From Myxococcota bacterium (GTDB lineage Bacteria > Myxococcota_A > SURF-8): a stretch of DNA of 64,000 bases. The notes under the pieces are model-generated. The model saw nothing but the letters and a program-made list of their open reading frames with translations, did not search any database and was not told the DNA's origin. Position 1 is the stretch's first letter. Each line of letters starts with the position of its first letter. Location: the NCBI GenBank assembly GCA_965140415.1, contig OZ223209.1:4960001-5024000 (forward strand), in the 5' to 3' direction. The position numbers were made by a program, and so were the translations under genes. Positions 1-8,625 of the stretch are shown here, one piece after another.

Positions 1-1
1 C

Positions 2-532
2 GATCAGGCTGACGTGCACCACGTAGACCATGAAATGCGCCCAGGGCTGTTTGTGGGCATACAGACGAAGAGTACCGTCTTCCTCGAAGCGCTGTACCTG
101 TTTAAAGCGCTTCTGCATGGCGTTTTGCAGCTTTTCGACCGCTTCTTCCGGGTTGTTTACCGTCGTTTCCAGCTTCACAAAGCGTTTTCCGCTGCCATTG
201 ACACGTCTACTTTTCGGTTGCTCAAAGGCCAGCGCCAGTTTGCCCGATAGCGTATTCAACGAGCATCCCAGGATATTGAGCATCAACAGCAGCAGGATCA
301 AGGAATACCAGGTCGAATGGTAGACATCGAAAAAGCCCAGCTTCATCAATATGTTGGACCACTGTGGTCCGTAGAGTTCCACGTATTGGGCCGGGTCGCC
401 GTTTTGCAGGATGATCGTCCCCGCCACAGAACCGAGGGTCCACGCCGCCAGCAGCAACACCGTAAACTTCACGGATGCAAACAGCCGCCATATGCTATCG
501 ACGATACCGGGTTGAGTTTTCTGCTCAGCCAT
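2..532 (-). CDS. resB: Cytochrome c biogenesis protein ResB/Ccs1 family (system II), runs off the left window edge
   Basis: Not in the ORF track because it has no stop in the window. Manual translation from ATG 532 (SD AAAGGAGG): MAEQKTQPGIVDSIWRLFASVKFTVLLLAAWTLGSVAGTIILQNG...LGFFDVYHSTWYSLILLLLMLNILGCSL...LYAHKQPWAHFMVYVVHVSLI, which carries the ResB N-terminal TM helices, DVYHSxW motif and conserved His. Confidence 0.85.
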   Translation of the reverse strand, partial: MAEQKTQPGIVDSIWRLFASVKFTVLLLAAWTLGSVAGTIILQNGDPAQYVELYGPQWSNILMKLGFFDVYHSTWYSLILLLLMLNILGCSLNTLSGKLALAFEQPKSRRVNGSGKRFVKLETTVNNPEEAVEKLQNAMQKRFKQVQRFEEDGTLRLYAHKQPWAHFMVYVVHVSLI

Positions 533-588
533 CGCGGCCAAGCCTCCTTTCGTGCGTCAAAGTGGAGTTTGGCTACCCAATTGGTGTG

Positions 589-1035
589 TCACTTCTTCGC
601 GTTGTTGGCCTTGCTGTGCGGCAGGCGTTTCCAGGCGGAGGCTGGATTGAAATCCTTCGTGGTGGGCATTTCGCCACGATGGCAGCCCAAGCAGCCCTTC
701 ATCGGTTCCGCGTTCAACCCCAGCGCTTCGGCTAAGTGATGATCTTTCATGATGTAATCTTTGGAATAATTCCGCCCTTCACCGTGGCAGGTTTCGCACT
801 GCACCCCCTCGGCGACATGACAGCCCAAGCAGGCCGGATTCCGGCGTTGATCCGGCGGCAAACGATTGAATGCCGTGGCGTGCGGTCCTTGTTCCCAGGC
901 GTCGAATTGAGCCTGGTGGCAGGTCCGGCACCACTGCGCGCCGACCATTGGTCCCGCCGCCTGCGGAGCCTGTGGAATCAGGACGCAAATGGAAAACAAT
1001 AGCAGTATCAACATGAAGGCTCGTTGTGCGGTCAT
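589..1035 (-). CDS. Periplasmic tetraheme c-type cytochrome (c554-like)
   Basis: Signal peptide; four CXXCH motifs (CRTCH, CLGCH, CETCH, CLGCH); GVQCExCHG signature; lies directly upstream of resB. Confidence 0.85.
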   Translation of the reverse strand: MTAQRAFMLILLLFSICVLIPQAPQAAGPMVGAQWCRTCHQAQFDAWEQGPHATAFNRLPPDQRRNPACLGCHVAEGVQCETCHGEGRNYSKDYIMKDHHLAEALGLNAEPMKGCLGCHRGEMPTTKDFNPASAWKRLPHSKANNAKK

Positions 1036-1136
1036 CCGAGTTAACCCCTTGAAATTGTTACGGCCAAACCTTACCTGTGCGCATGTTGCCTGTCAAGGCT
1101 TTTAGGCGGTTCACACTCGCGTAGCGAGGCGTGAAA

Positions 1137-1829
1137 TCATGAAATTCGCTGTTCGGAATCCGCCTTGCTCGTCACCGCCATGCGCGCCAGTTCGTCGGCG
1201 CGTTCGTTCTCCGGTACGCCCGCATGACCGGCAACCTTGATAAACTCCACGGCGGCATAACGCCCGATCTCATTGCGGATCTGTTCGATCAGTTCCGGGT
1301 TCTTCTTGGCTTTCCAACCCTTGACCAGCACCCCGATGGAGTAGGTGGAATCCGTGTAAATCTGCACCGGGCGCGAGGGTGTGCGGATGGTTTGCAAAGC
1401 CACCAGAATCGCCGTTAACTCCGCAACATTATTGGTGGATTTCCCCAGGTATTTCGAAATTTCCAAGCGATGTTCCCCGGACAGCAACACGACCCCCAAT
1501 CCGGCAGGACCGGGATTCCCCGAGCAGGCGCCGTCGGTCCAGGCTTGAATCGGCTCGCCTTTGGCTTTGGTCGCTCGTTTGGAACTGACCGGTTTTGGAG
1601 TAGCAGAGGTCTTCGATTCTTTCTTCTGCGCCGGTTTGGGAGCTGGCTTTGCCTTGGCGGGCGGAGGATCGTCCAGCGGACGCACGTTGGTCCGCGACGC
1701 CTTGTAGCTGCGGGTGTCGTCCGGTTTATAACGAATCTCCACCTTGCCGTTTTCCTCGATGATCCGGCCTTGCTCGTCGACGTGTACGTAAGCTTTGTTG
1801 GTTTTAAACCACATCCGTTCCCAGGGCAT
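1137..1829 (-). CDS. rnhA: Ribonuclease HI with an N-terminal extra domain and Pro/Lys-rich linker
   Basis: WTDGACSGNPGPAG, TNNVAEL, YTDSTY and VAGHAGVPENERADELA motifs. Start placed at ATG 1829 (MPWERMW), which overlaps the upstream stop as TGATG. Confidence 0.9.
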   Translation of the reverse strand: MPWERMWFKTNKAYVHVDEQGRIIEENGKVEIRYKPDDTRSYKASRTNVRPLDDPPPAKAKPAPKPAQKKESKTSATPKPVSSKRATKAKGEPIQAWTDGACSGNPGPAGLGVVLLSGEHRLEISKYLGKSTNNVAELTAILVALQTIRTPSRPVQIYTDSTYSIGVLVKGWKAKKNPELIEQIRNEIGRYAAVEFIKVAGHAGVPENERADELARMAVTSKADSEQRIS

Positions 1830-2800
1830 CAGCGTGTTCCGTTTTGTTGCAGTTCTCGAATTCGTTTCATTCCGGAAGCCGGAGCAACCAGTCCGGCGGT
1901 ACCACCCTGCTGCTGGCCGAGTTGCCGGATCAGGCGCTCGTCGAAGAGCAGTCCCAGTTCTATGGCGTATTCCAGCCCGGAGAGCAGTCGCGCCTGCTTT
2001 TCGGCGGTCCATTTCAGCGCGGTGGCCAGCTGCTTGATCTGCTCTGAAAGCTGCCGCAGTTTTTCCTCGCTTTGCGCGTGGCGTTGGGGAAGTGCCTGTA
2101 ACAGCGGAGCGGCGGCTTGCAATCGTTCATTCAATCGTTGCAGGCTTTCCAGATCCAGTTCCGGCACTTGCTCTTCCAATGAGGCGAAACGTTCGAGAAT
2201 CGGAGGGATACGCTTCGCCTGATTGCCCATGCGCTGTACACCATCGAAAGCCGTGCGGGCCTGCGGCGCAAGATCGCGCACCTGCTCCCAATACGGAGAT
2301 AGTTGCTTCGCCAGTTGTACCGCTCTGGAAATCTGCCCGGCAACGTCAACCGCCTTCGGTCCCAGCTTTTCGGCGTGGTGGCTGTATTCTTCCAGGCGTA
2401 CCGGCAGCGGTCCCGCTTGAATGCGGCTGCCTACACTCAACTCTGCCGCATGCTCGTCACCCGGCTCCACTTCGATAAAGCGTCCGCCTAAAAAGGTCTT
2501 GTCGCGCAGCCGCGCACTGGCACCCTCGTGCAAGCGCAGTTTCGAAGCCAGCGCCAACGTGATGTCCGCCCGGTCGTGCGCCAGCGTGATCTCTTTTACG
2601 TACCCCCGAATCGCGCCTTTTACCCGCACCGCGTTTCCAACTTTCAACCCGGTGACATCCGCGAATTGGACGTGGTATTCAATGACTCTTTTCCCAGCAC
2701 CTGCACCGACGAACAACGCCGCCATTACACACACGGCCAGCCCGGCGAGCATCAACAGCCCGGTCAACAGGTTGGCTCGATTGGTAGGCGAAGCGTTCAT
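1829..2800 (-). CDS. MlaD/MCE family protein
   Basis: N-terminal TM helix, F-x-D-V-T-G-L-K-V-G-x-x-V and L-G-G-R-F-I-E-V-E-P-G motifs, long helical C-terminus. Confidence 0.85.
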   Translation of the reverse strand: MNASPTNRANLLTGLLMLAGLAVCVMAALFVGAGAGKRVIEYHVQFADVTGLKVGNAVRVKGAIRGYVKEITLAHDRADITLALASKLRLHEGASARLRDKTFLGGRFIEVEPGDEHAAELSVGSRIQAGPLPVRLEEYSHHAEKLGPKAVDVAGQISRAVQLAKQLSPYWEQVRDLAPQARTAFDGVQRMGNQAKRIPPILERFASLEEQVPELDLESLQRLNERLQAAAPLLQALPQRHAQSEEKLRQLSEQIKQLATALKWTAEKQARLLSGLEYAIELGLLFDERLIRQLGQQQGGTAGLVAPASGMKRIRELQQNGTR

Positions 2801-2843
2801 ACGATCGTCGTTGCCTTCTGGTTAAAAAAAGATGTCCGAAACG

Positions 2844-2871
2844 AACCGGGCGACTCGATGAGCCGCCCGGT
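2844..2871 (-). terminator. Probable intrinsic terminator after the DUF1573 gene
   Basis: ACCGGGCG...CGCCCGGT stem just after the stop at 2879, with T-rich sequence following on the minus strand. Confidence 0.45.
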
Positions 2872-2878
2872 GTAACAC

Positions 2879-4102
2879 TTACTTGGTCTTCTTTTTCACG
2901 TCACCCGTGATCGGTGGCTTTACCGAAAGATTCTTTTGCCTGAGATGCGGCTTTTTCATGTCCGCTTCGCCTTTCCCTCTAGTGGTGCGGCTGAGCAGAT
3001 ACACCGGCAAAGTCAGTGTCGGTTGATCTTTGTTATCGGTCGCGATAATCACGTTGGAGGTAAAGCGTCCCGATTCCAGTTCCGCCTTCTCGTTCAATGA
3101 AACCGTCAAGCGATACGACGTACCCTTTTTAATCGGGTCGACTTTAATCAGTACCCGACCGCTGGGATCTTGGGCGTTTTTGATTTTAAACTTAACGGTA
3201 TTGGATTGTACCGTCGCCGTCGTTTCCCTGCGGTCTTCCTCGTCGATGCGCAGGGTCAAACGCCGAGGAACGACCTGGATTTCACCTTCCACCGCGACGT
3301 TGAAACGCAGGGTCAATTCCTTGACCTTGGGATTGTTGGTCTTCATCGAAACACGACCGGTCTGGTTGCCGATCTTGGTTCCTTTGACTGTAACTTCAAC
3401 GTAGGTCTGCATCACGCCTTTGTCGTCTTTCTCTTTTACGATTTTGGCGCTGGCACCTTCCAGGCTGACTTCCAAATTGGAAAGCTTGAGTCCCTTGGGA
3501 TTTTTAGCAAGGACTTTCATCCGCTGGGTCAGGCTTTCCCCTTTTTTAATGTTGGGGAAACGCAGGTAGCTGCGCTCGAATCCCAACTCCACGACTACAT
3601 TGGCGTTGACTTTCAATCGCACTTTTGGATTGACCGGATCGCTGGATTCCACGGTTACGCTCTTACCCAGTTTGCCATTACGTCCAGCTGTACTTACCGA
3701 AACCTTGATTTTTCCTTCCCCACCCGGGGGAACGTCCGCGTCGGTAATAACCGCGGCAGTGCAGCCTCACGAGCCTTTGGCACGTTCGATGTGCAGCACT
3801 CCTTTTCCGACGTTTTTGAACGTGAAAATATGTTCGGCCTTGTCACCCTGGTTGACATCGCCCAACTCGACTTCCGTTTTGGCGAATTCGATTTTCGGAG
3901 CGTTGGCCGGATCGACGGGAGCCTTGTCTTTTGCTTTCGTCTTGTCGATCGCGCTGCGTTGCGCTTTCTCGACGACCGGCTTCGCCGCCTTATCGGCGCT
4001 TTGCTCGGATTTGGAACAACCCGCGACACTGGCCATCACCAGAAACGCGGTTAGAACAGCCAGCACAAGCACCGGCGTTCGCCATCTCATTCGATCTTTC
4101 AT
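2879..4102 (-). CDS. DUF1573/Ig-like lipoprotein, probable selenoprotein (TGA 3767-3769 read as Sec in S-U-G-C-T)
   Basis: Track ORFs 3767..4114 and 2879..3652 are in the same frame and separated only by one TGA. Readthrough gives FTFKNVGKGVLHIERAKGS-U-GCTAAVITDADVPPGGEGKIKV, matching the DUF1573 motif S-C-G-C-T...PG. Lipobox VAGC; SD GGAGAG before ATG 4102. Confidence 0.8.
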
Positions 4103-4281
4103 GTTTCTCTCCATTGTCGGTAATCGGTCAATCCATCAGTTAAACGAGCGCAGATCCTATCACAACCACATTCTTCTTTGCAAATTGACCGTACCAAAAA
4201 ACCTATAAAGGGGGTGTGATTTATCACAGCACGTGGTTGATTTTATCGATAGCGATCAAGAGTATCACAAGCTATTTCGGA

Positions 4282-4382
4282 TGGTTCAAGGCTCCTGTCT
4301 TGAACCATTCGGTTTCCAGTTGGGGTGCCAGTCCCGACTACAAAGTCAAACGCTTAGAACAGGACGGGAGCCCTGCTCCAAC
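4282..4382. repeat. REP-like inverted doublet (family B)
   Basis: Two small palindromes, GTTCAAGGCTCCTGTCTTGAAC and GAACAGGACGGGAGCCCTGCTC, that are imperfect inverted copies of each other. Confidence 0.5.
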
Positions 4383-4403
4383 ATAAGGATATTGCTGACC
4401 TAT

Positions 4404-4483
4404 TTGATTTCGGGGTGGCGCGGGCCAAGCCGCAGGCTTGCCCGTGTTCGAGAATCACATAAGCAAGCTTCGTTTCGCTTTGC
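4404..4483 (+). repeat. Dispersed palindromic repeat family A, copy 1 (truncated at the ettA stop)
   Basis: TTGATTTCGGGGTGGCGCGGGCCAAGCCGCAGGCTTGCCCGTGTTCG...GCAAGCTTCGTTTC; matches the copies at ~13912, ~18803 and ~43518. Confidence 0.8.
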
Positions 4484-6157
4484 TTAGCCTTTCACCAGCT
4501 TCCGATAGCGCTTGCGGCGGTTTTTGGAGGCGTCGCCCAATTCACGCTTGCGCCAATCTTCATAATCGCGGTAGTTGCCGGTGAACCAGCGCACCTCGCC
4601 GTTTCCTTCAAACACAAGCAGGTGGGTGCAGATACGATCCAGGAAAAAGCGATCATGGCTGATCACCATCGCGCAACCTGCGAAGTCTAAAATGGCATCT
4701 TCCAGCAGACGAAGCGTGTTGACATCCAGATCGTTGGTCGGCTCATCCAATAGCAGCACGTTGCCACCGACTTTCAGTGTCTTGGCCAAATGGAAACGGT
4801 TGCGCTCGCCACCGGAGAGGTCGTCCGCGTCTTTCTGCTGATCCGAACCGCGAAATCCGAACCAGGAAAGATACTGCCGCACCTTCACGGCGCGCTTGCC
4901 CAGCATGACTTCATCGGAATCACCGGCTAAGGCTTTAACCAGTTGGCCGCCGCCTTTCAAGGATTCACGTCCCTGATCGACGTAGGCAAACTCTACGCTG
5001 GAACCGATTTCAATCGATCCCGCATCCGGGGTTTCCTGTTGAACGATCAAACGGAAAAGCGTAGTTTTCCCGGTACCGTTGGGACCGACCAGTCCGACTA
5101 CCGCACCTTTGGGCACCTTGAATTCCAGGTTTTCAAACAGAGTGGTTTCGAAACCTTTCGAAACACCATCAAACGTGATGACCTGCTCGCCGAGTTGCGG
5201 TCCCGGCGCGATCTGAATCACGGTGCCATCGCCCTCGCGCAAGGCGCTTTCCTGCGCAATCAGCTTTTCGTATTCGATCAGGCGTGTGCGGGCCAACTCG
5301 CTGCGATTCTTGTTGCTCATGTGAATCCAGGCCAGCTCGCGTTCGATGGCCCGGCGTTTCGTGCTGTTTTTCTTTTCGGATTCCGCCAACTTGGAAAGCT
5401 TCTGCTCCAGCCAGGAGGAGTAGTTCCCCTCCCAGGGAATACCGTGGCCGCTGTCCAGTTCAAGAATCCACTTGGTGATGTTATCCAGGAAGTAGCGGTC
5501 GTGGGTTACGACGATCACGCAGCCGGGATATTCGCGCAACTGCTCTTCCAGCCAGTCGACCGTTTCGGCATCCAGATGGTTGGTCGGTTCGTCCAATAGC
5601 AGCAGGCTCGGTTTTTCCAATAATGCTTTAGCCAGCGCCACCCGGCGACGTTCGCCGCCAGAAAGCGTCTCGATGATGCGATCGTCTTCAGGCAAACACA
5701 AGGCATCGGAAGCCACGGAAATCGTCTGGTCCAAGTCCCAGGCGTCGCGGGCGTCCAATTCGTCCTGCAACTCGCCCATGCGGTCCATGGCCTGCTGCAT
5801 CTCTTCGTCGCTCAGCTCTTCGCCCATTTTGGCGGCGCACTCGTTGTATTCATCCAGCAGTTCCTTGGTTTCGGCAAAAGCCGATTCCAGGGTTTCATAG
5901 ACGGTCAGTTCTTCATCCAGATCCGGTTCCTGAAGTACGATCCCCGCCGTATGCCCGGAAGTAAGTTCCGCATGCCCTTGGAAATCCGTATCCAAACCGG
6001 CCATGATTTTCAGTAAGGTCGATTTACCCGCGCCGTTTTCACCTACGATGCCGATCTTCGCGCCGGGGAAGAAACTGAGGTTGATGTTTTTCAACACCTG
6101 TTTCTGACCGTAATACTTGTTGAGACCCTGCATATGAAAAACGTATTGCTTATCCAT
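4484..6157 (-). CDS. ettA: Energy-dependent translational throttle protein EttA (ABC-F)
   Basis: LSFFPGAKIG, two Walker A motifs (GENGAGKS, GPNGTGKT), two LSGGER signatures, LDEPTNHLD, GIPWEGNYSSWLEQK; no TM domain. Confidence 0.93.
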   Translation of the reverse strand: MDKQYVFHMQGLNKYYGQKQVLKNINLSFFPGAKIGIVGENGAGKSTLLKIMAGLDTDFQGHAELTSGHTAGIVLQEPDLDEELTVYETLESAFAETKELLDEYNECAAKMGEELSDEEMQQAMDRMGELQDELDARDAWDLDQTISVASDALCLPEDDRIIETLSGGERRRVALAKALLEKPSLLLLDEPTNHLDAETVDWLEEQLREYPGCVIVVTHDRYFLDNITKWILELDSGHGIPWEGNYSSWLEQKLSKLAESEKKNSTKRRAIERELAWIHMSNKNRSELARTRLIEYEKLIAQESALREGDGTVIQIAPGPQLGEQVITFDGVSKGFETTLFENLEFKVPKGAVVGLVGPNGTGKTTLFRLIVQQETPDAGSIEIGSSVEFAYVDQGRESLKGGGQLVKALAGDSDEVMLGKRAVKVRQYLSWFGFRGSDQQKDADDLSGGERNRFHLAKTLKVGGNVLLLDEPTNDLDVNTLRLLEDAILDFAGCAMVISHDRFFLDRICTHLLVFEGNGEVRWFTGNYRDYEDWRKRELGDASKNRRKRYRKLVKG

Positions 6158-6416
6158 GTTTTTCCCCTGACTATCAGCGGTTTCGGACTGCCGATGAATG
6201 TATTTCGAATATGGCGGTAACGGATCGTCTTCCCTTCGCCTTGAGGCGCATCATACGCGAAAGCGGTCGATCTGCCAAGCCATCCCGATGAATTTTTCGC
6301 GATATCGAATCATCAAAAAGCTTTTCACTGATCGAATTGACACATCATTATAACTATGTTACATGGAAATCCGTTTCTAGCGGTTCGTACTCTAAAACAT
6401 TAGCAGGGAGAGTATC

Positions 6417-6755
6417 ATGCGTATTCATCATGCGGCCTTGTTGGCGCTGCTGTCGTTCGTCTTAATCGTTGTTCTTTCGGCCTGCGGCGATAGCCTGCCG
6501 GGTAAATGCAGTTCGTATTGCAAAAAAGCACGCGATTGTTCCGCAGAGTTGGACAATCCCTTCAGCATCAGCGAATGCAAGCGCACCTGCGAGGAAGGCA
6601 CCGAGGCCAACTACTTCGCCGGCTGCGGCGAGGAAGCCGACGATTTATTCCAGTGCCAGATCGATGCCGACTGCCGCGACTGGGAAAACGACCCGGAGCT
6701 GTGCGAGGATGAAGAAGAAGATCTGACCAAGTGCATCGAGCGCTACATCGACTAG
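6417..6755 (+). CDS. Small acidic Cys-rich lipoprotein
   Basis: SD GGGAG, lipobox LSAC, ten further Cys in about 90 aa. Confidence 0.75.
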   Translation: MRIHHAALLALLSFVLIVVLSACGDSLPGKCSSYCKKARDCSAELDNPFSISECKRTCEEGTEANYFAGCGEEADDLFQCQIDADCRDWENDPELCEDEEEDLTKCIERYID

Positions 6756-6864
6756 ATCTGCCGTTACTCATTTTCATTTGCTGGAAAGCGGTTATACGTC
6801 ACAGCTTCTCATTCCAAAACGGGATGGGTGGCTGTGAGTGATTTCACGCTGAAAGGATGTTGCG

Positions 6865-7242
6865 ATGTATCGCGTAACGCGGGAAGCGCATTTCAGCGCC
6901 GCCCATCATCTAAGACGCTACAATGGAAAATGCGAACATCAGCACGGCCATAACTGGCGGGTGGAAGTTACCGCCCAGGGACATACGCTGAACGAAGGCG
7001 GTATGCTGATCGACTTCGGCGAGTTGAAAGTCGCCTTGAAAGAGGTGCTGGACCGCCTTGATCATCAGGATTTAAACCTGGTTCCCCCCTTTGACGTACA
7101 GGAACCTTCCGCCGAAAACATCGCCCGTTATATCCTGGAGGAAGTCGGCAAACTGATCCAGACTGAAGGGGTGGAGATCGCCGAAGTCAACGTCTGGGAA
7201 ACTCCCGGCAGCAAGGCCACTTACCTACCGGACCCGGTCTGA
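6865..7242 (+). CDS. queD: 6-carboxy-5,6,7,8-tetrahydropterin synthase
   Basis: FSAAHHL, CEHQHGHNW, IDFGELK, LDHQDLN, SAENIA and WETP motifs. Confidence 0.92.
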   Translation: MYRVTREAHFSAAHHLRRYNGKCEHQHGHNWRVEVTAQGHTLNEGGMLIDFGELKVALKEVLDRLDHQDLNLVPPFDVQEPSAENIARYILEEVGKLIQTEGVEIAEVNVWETPGSKATYLPDPV

Positions 7243-7245
7243 TTC

Positions 7246-8295
7246 ATGAGCAGCGACAAGCGAAAATGGCTGTGGTTGTCGCTGGCGCTGCTAAGCGCTC
7301 CGGCGGCATTGGCCGGAGTGGCGTATTGGGCGACCGGTGGCTGGCCGGAACCCAAGGAAATGACTGGGGATATCCTTAGCGGCGACTGGGGCGCACAGCC
7401 GCCTGAAAAGCGTCCCGACACGCTGCGCATTCTCTCTTACAACATGCACTACGGCGTTGGTGCCTACGACGATTTCGACCGCCGCCGCACGCAGGCGGAG
7501 TTGGATGAGGTTCTGCAAGGCTTGATTCGGTTGATCGAAACGCTGCAACCCGATGTCGTATTGCTACAGGAAGTCGATTACGACTCCGCACGTACGCGCG
7601 GCATGAATCAATTACGCATCATCGCCAAGGGGGCGGGACTGCGTTACATGGCCCCGGTTTCGACCTGGAAAAAAGGCTATGTGCCGTTTCCCTACTGGCC
7701 TCCGTCATTGCATTATGGCCGCATAGACAGTGGCCAGGCGGTGCTTTCGCGTTTTCCCATCGTTTCCAATCGACGGCTGCACCTTCCCAAACCCCAGGCC
7801 AAGCCGTTTTATTACAACCTGTTTTACTTAAATCGCACCCTGCAACACGTTCAAGTCGATGTCGCCGGGCGGATTCTGGATGTCTATAACGTCCATACCG
7901 AAGCCTACGATCAGGATAATCGCCTGTTACACGCGCAGATCATTCGCGAAAAGCTAAAACTTTGGGGCGGCGAGTGGCTCGTCTTGGCGGGCGATTTCAA
8001 CGCCATTCCACCCGAAGCGACGTTGCGCAAGGACTTTCCAGACGAACCCGAAACCGATATGACAAGCGACCGCTCCATTTCGGTGCTACGGAAATTGGGT
8101 TTGCGCGAAATCATCGAAGAATCCCGCTACAAAGAAAACGAACAAGCGGCGCTCAGTTTTCCTGCCTTTAAACCTAACCGCAGATTGGACTATCTTTTCT
8201 TTTCCAAGAACTTCCAAATGAAAGAAGGACGCATTGCCAAGGAGGCAGGCGAATTAAGCGACCACCTGCCGACCTTCGCCGTCTTGAAGTGGTAG
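7246..8295 (+). CDS. Membrane-anchored endonuclease/exonuclease/phosphatase family protein
   Basis: N-terminal TM helix; SYN, LQEVD, NVH, GDFN, RLDY and SDHLP motifs. Confidence 0.88.
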   Translation: MSSDKRKWLWLSLALLSAPAALAGVAYWATGGWPEPKEMTGDILSGDWGAQPPEKRPDTLRILSYNMHYGVGAYDDFDRRRTQAELDEVLQGLIRLIETLQPDVVLLQEVDYDSARTRGMNQLRIIAKGAGLRYMAPVSTWKKGYVPFPYWPPSLHYGRIDSGQAVLSRFPIVSNRRLHLPKPQAKPFYYNLFYLNRTLQHVQVDVAGRILDVYNVHTEAYDQDNRLLHAQIIREKLKLWGGEWLVLAGDFNAIPPEATLRKDFPDEPETDMTSDRSISVLRKLGLREIIEESRYKENEQAALSFPAFKPNRRLDYLFFSKNFQMKEGRIAKEAGELSDHLPTFAVLKW

Positions 8296-8381
8296 CAGCA
8301 GAATTTTTGTCGGCCTGAAATTCGGATCGAGCTGGGGCTTAACTCGAAATTTGGAGTGTTCCCGGCGGACCGTAAACGCAC

Positions 8382-8425
8382 GTAAATGAACAGTAGATGA
8401 CCGGTAAATGACCACTACATGACCG
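8382..8425. repeat. Four tandem 11-bp direct repeats
   Basis: GTAAATGAACA / GTAGATGACCG / GTAAATGACCA / CTACATGACCG in a convergent intergenic region. Confidence 0.6.
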
Positions 8426-8566
8426 CGTTTATACAGTAAGAATCGAGGTAACGCGACGGTGCGCGAAAGTGCACGAAGCTTCAACGGGTTTCATGCTGCA
8501 ACTTGCACCGACAGTAACTTACACTCATTTCCACATAAAAGACCCAAAATAACCACTAAAACGGCA

Positions 8567-8594
8567 GAGGGCCGATCCAGCAGGATCGGCCCTC
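8567..8594 (-). terminator. Hairpin terminator after the A2M gene
   Basis: Perfect 12-bp stem GAGGGCCGATCC-AGCA-GGATCGGCCCTC about 30 nt past the stop. Confidence 0.65.
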
Positions 8595-8625
8595 AAGCCC
8601 GGGAAAAACCCCCACGCGGGGTTCG

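Noticed and set aside
14-739. Short ORFs called by the track at the left edge
   Set aside because: The region is explained by the minus-strand resB frame (2..532) and the tetraheme cytochrome.
2879-4114. Two separate genes or a nonsense pseudogene, as in the ORF track
   Set aside because: The single TGA sits on a conserved Cys position and the frame and domain continue intact, so Sec readthrough is more parsimonious, though unproven.
3170-4208. Plus-strand ORFs of 294 and 202 aa
   Set aside because: Antisense to the DUF1573 gene with no recognisable motifs.
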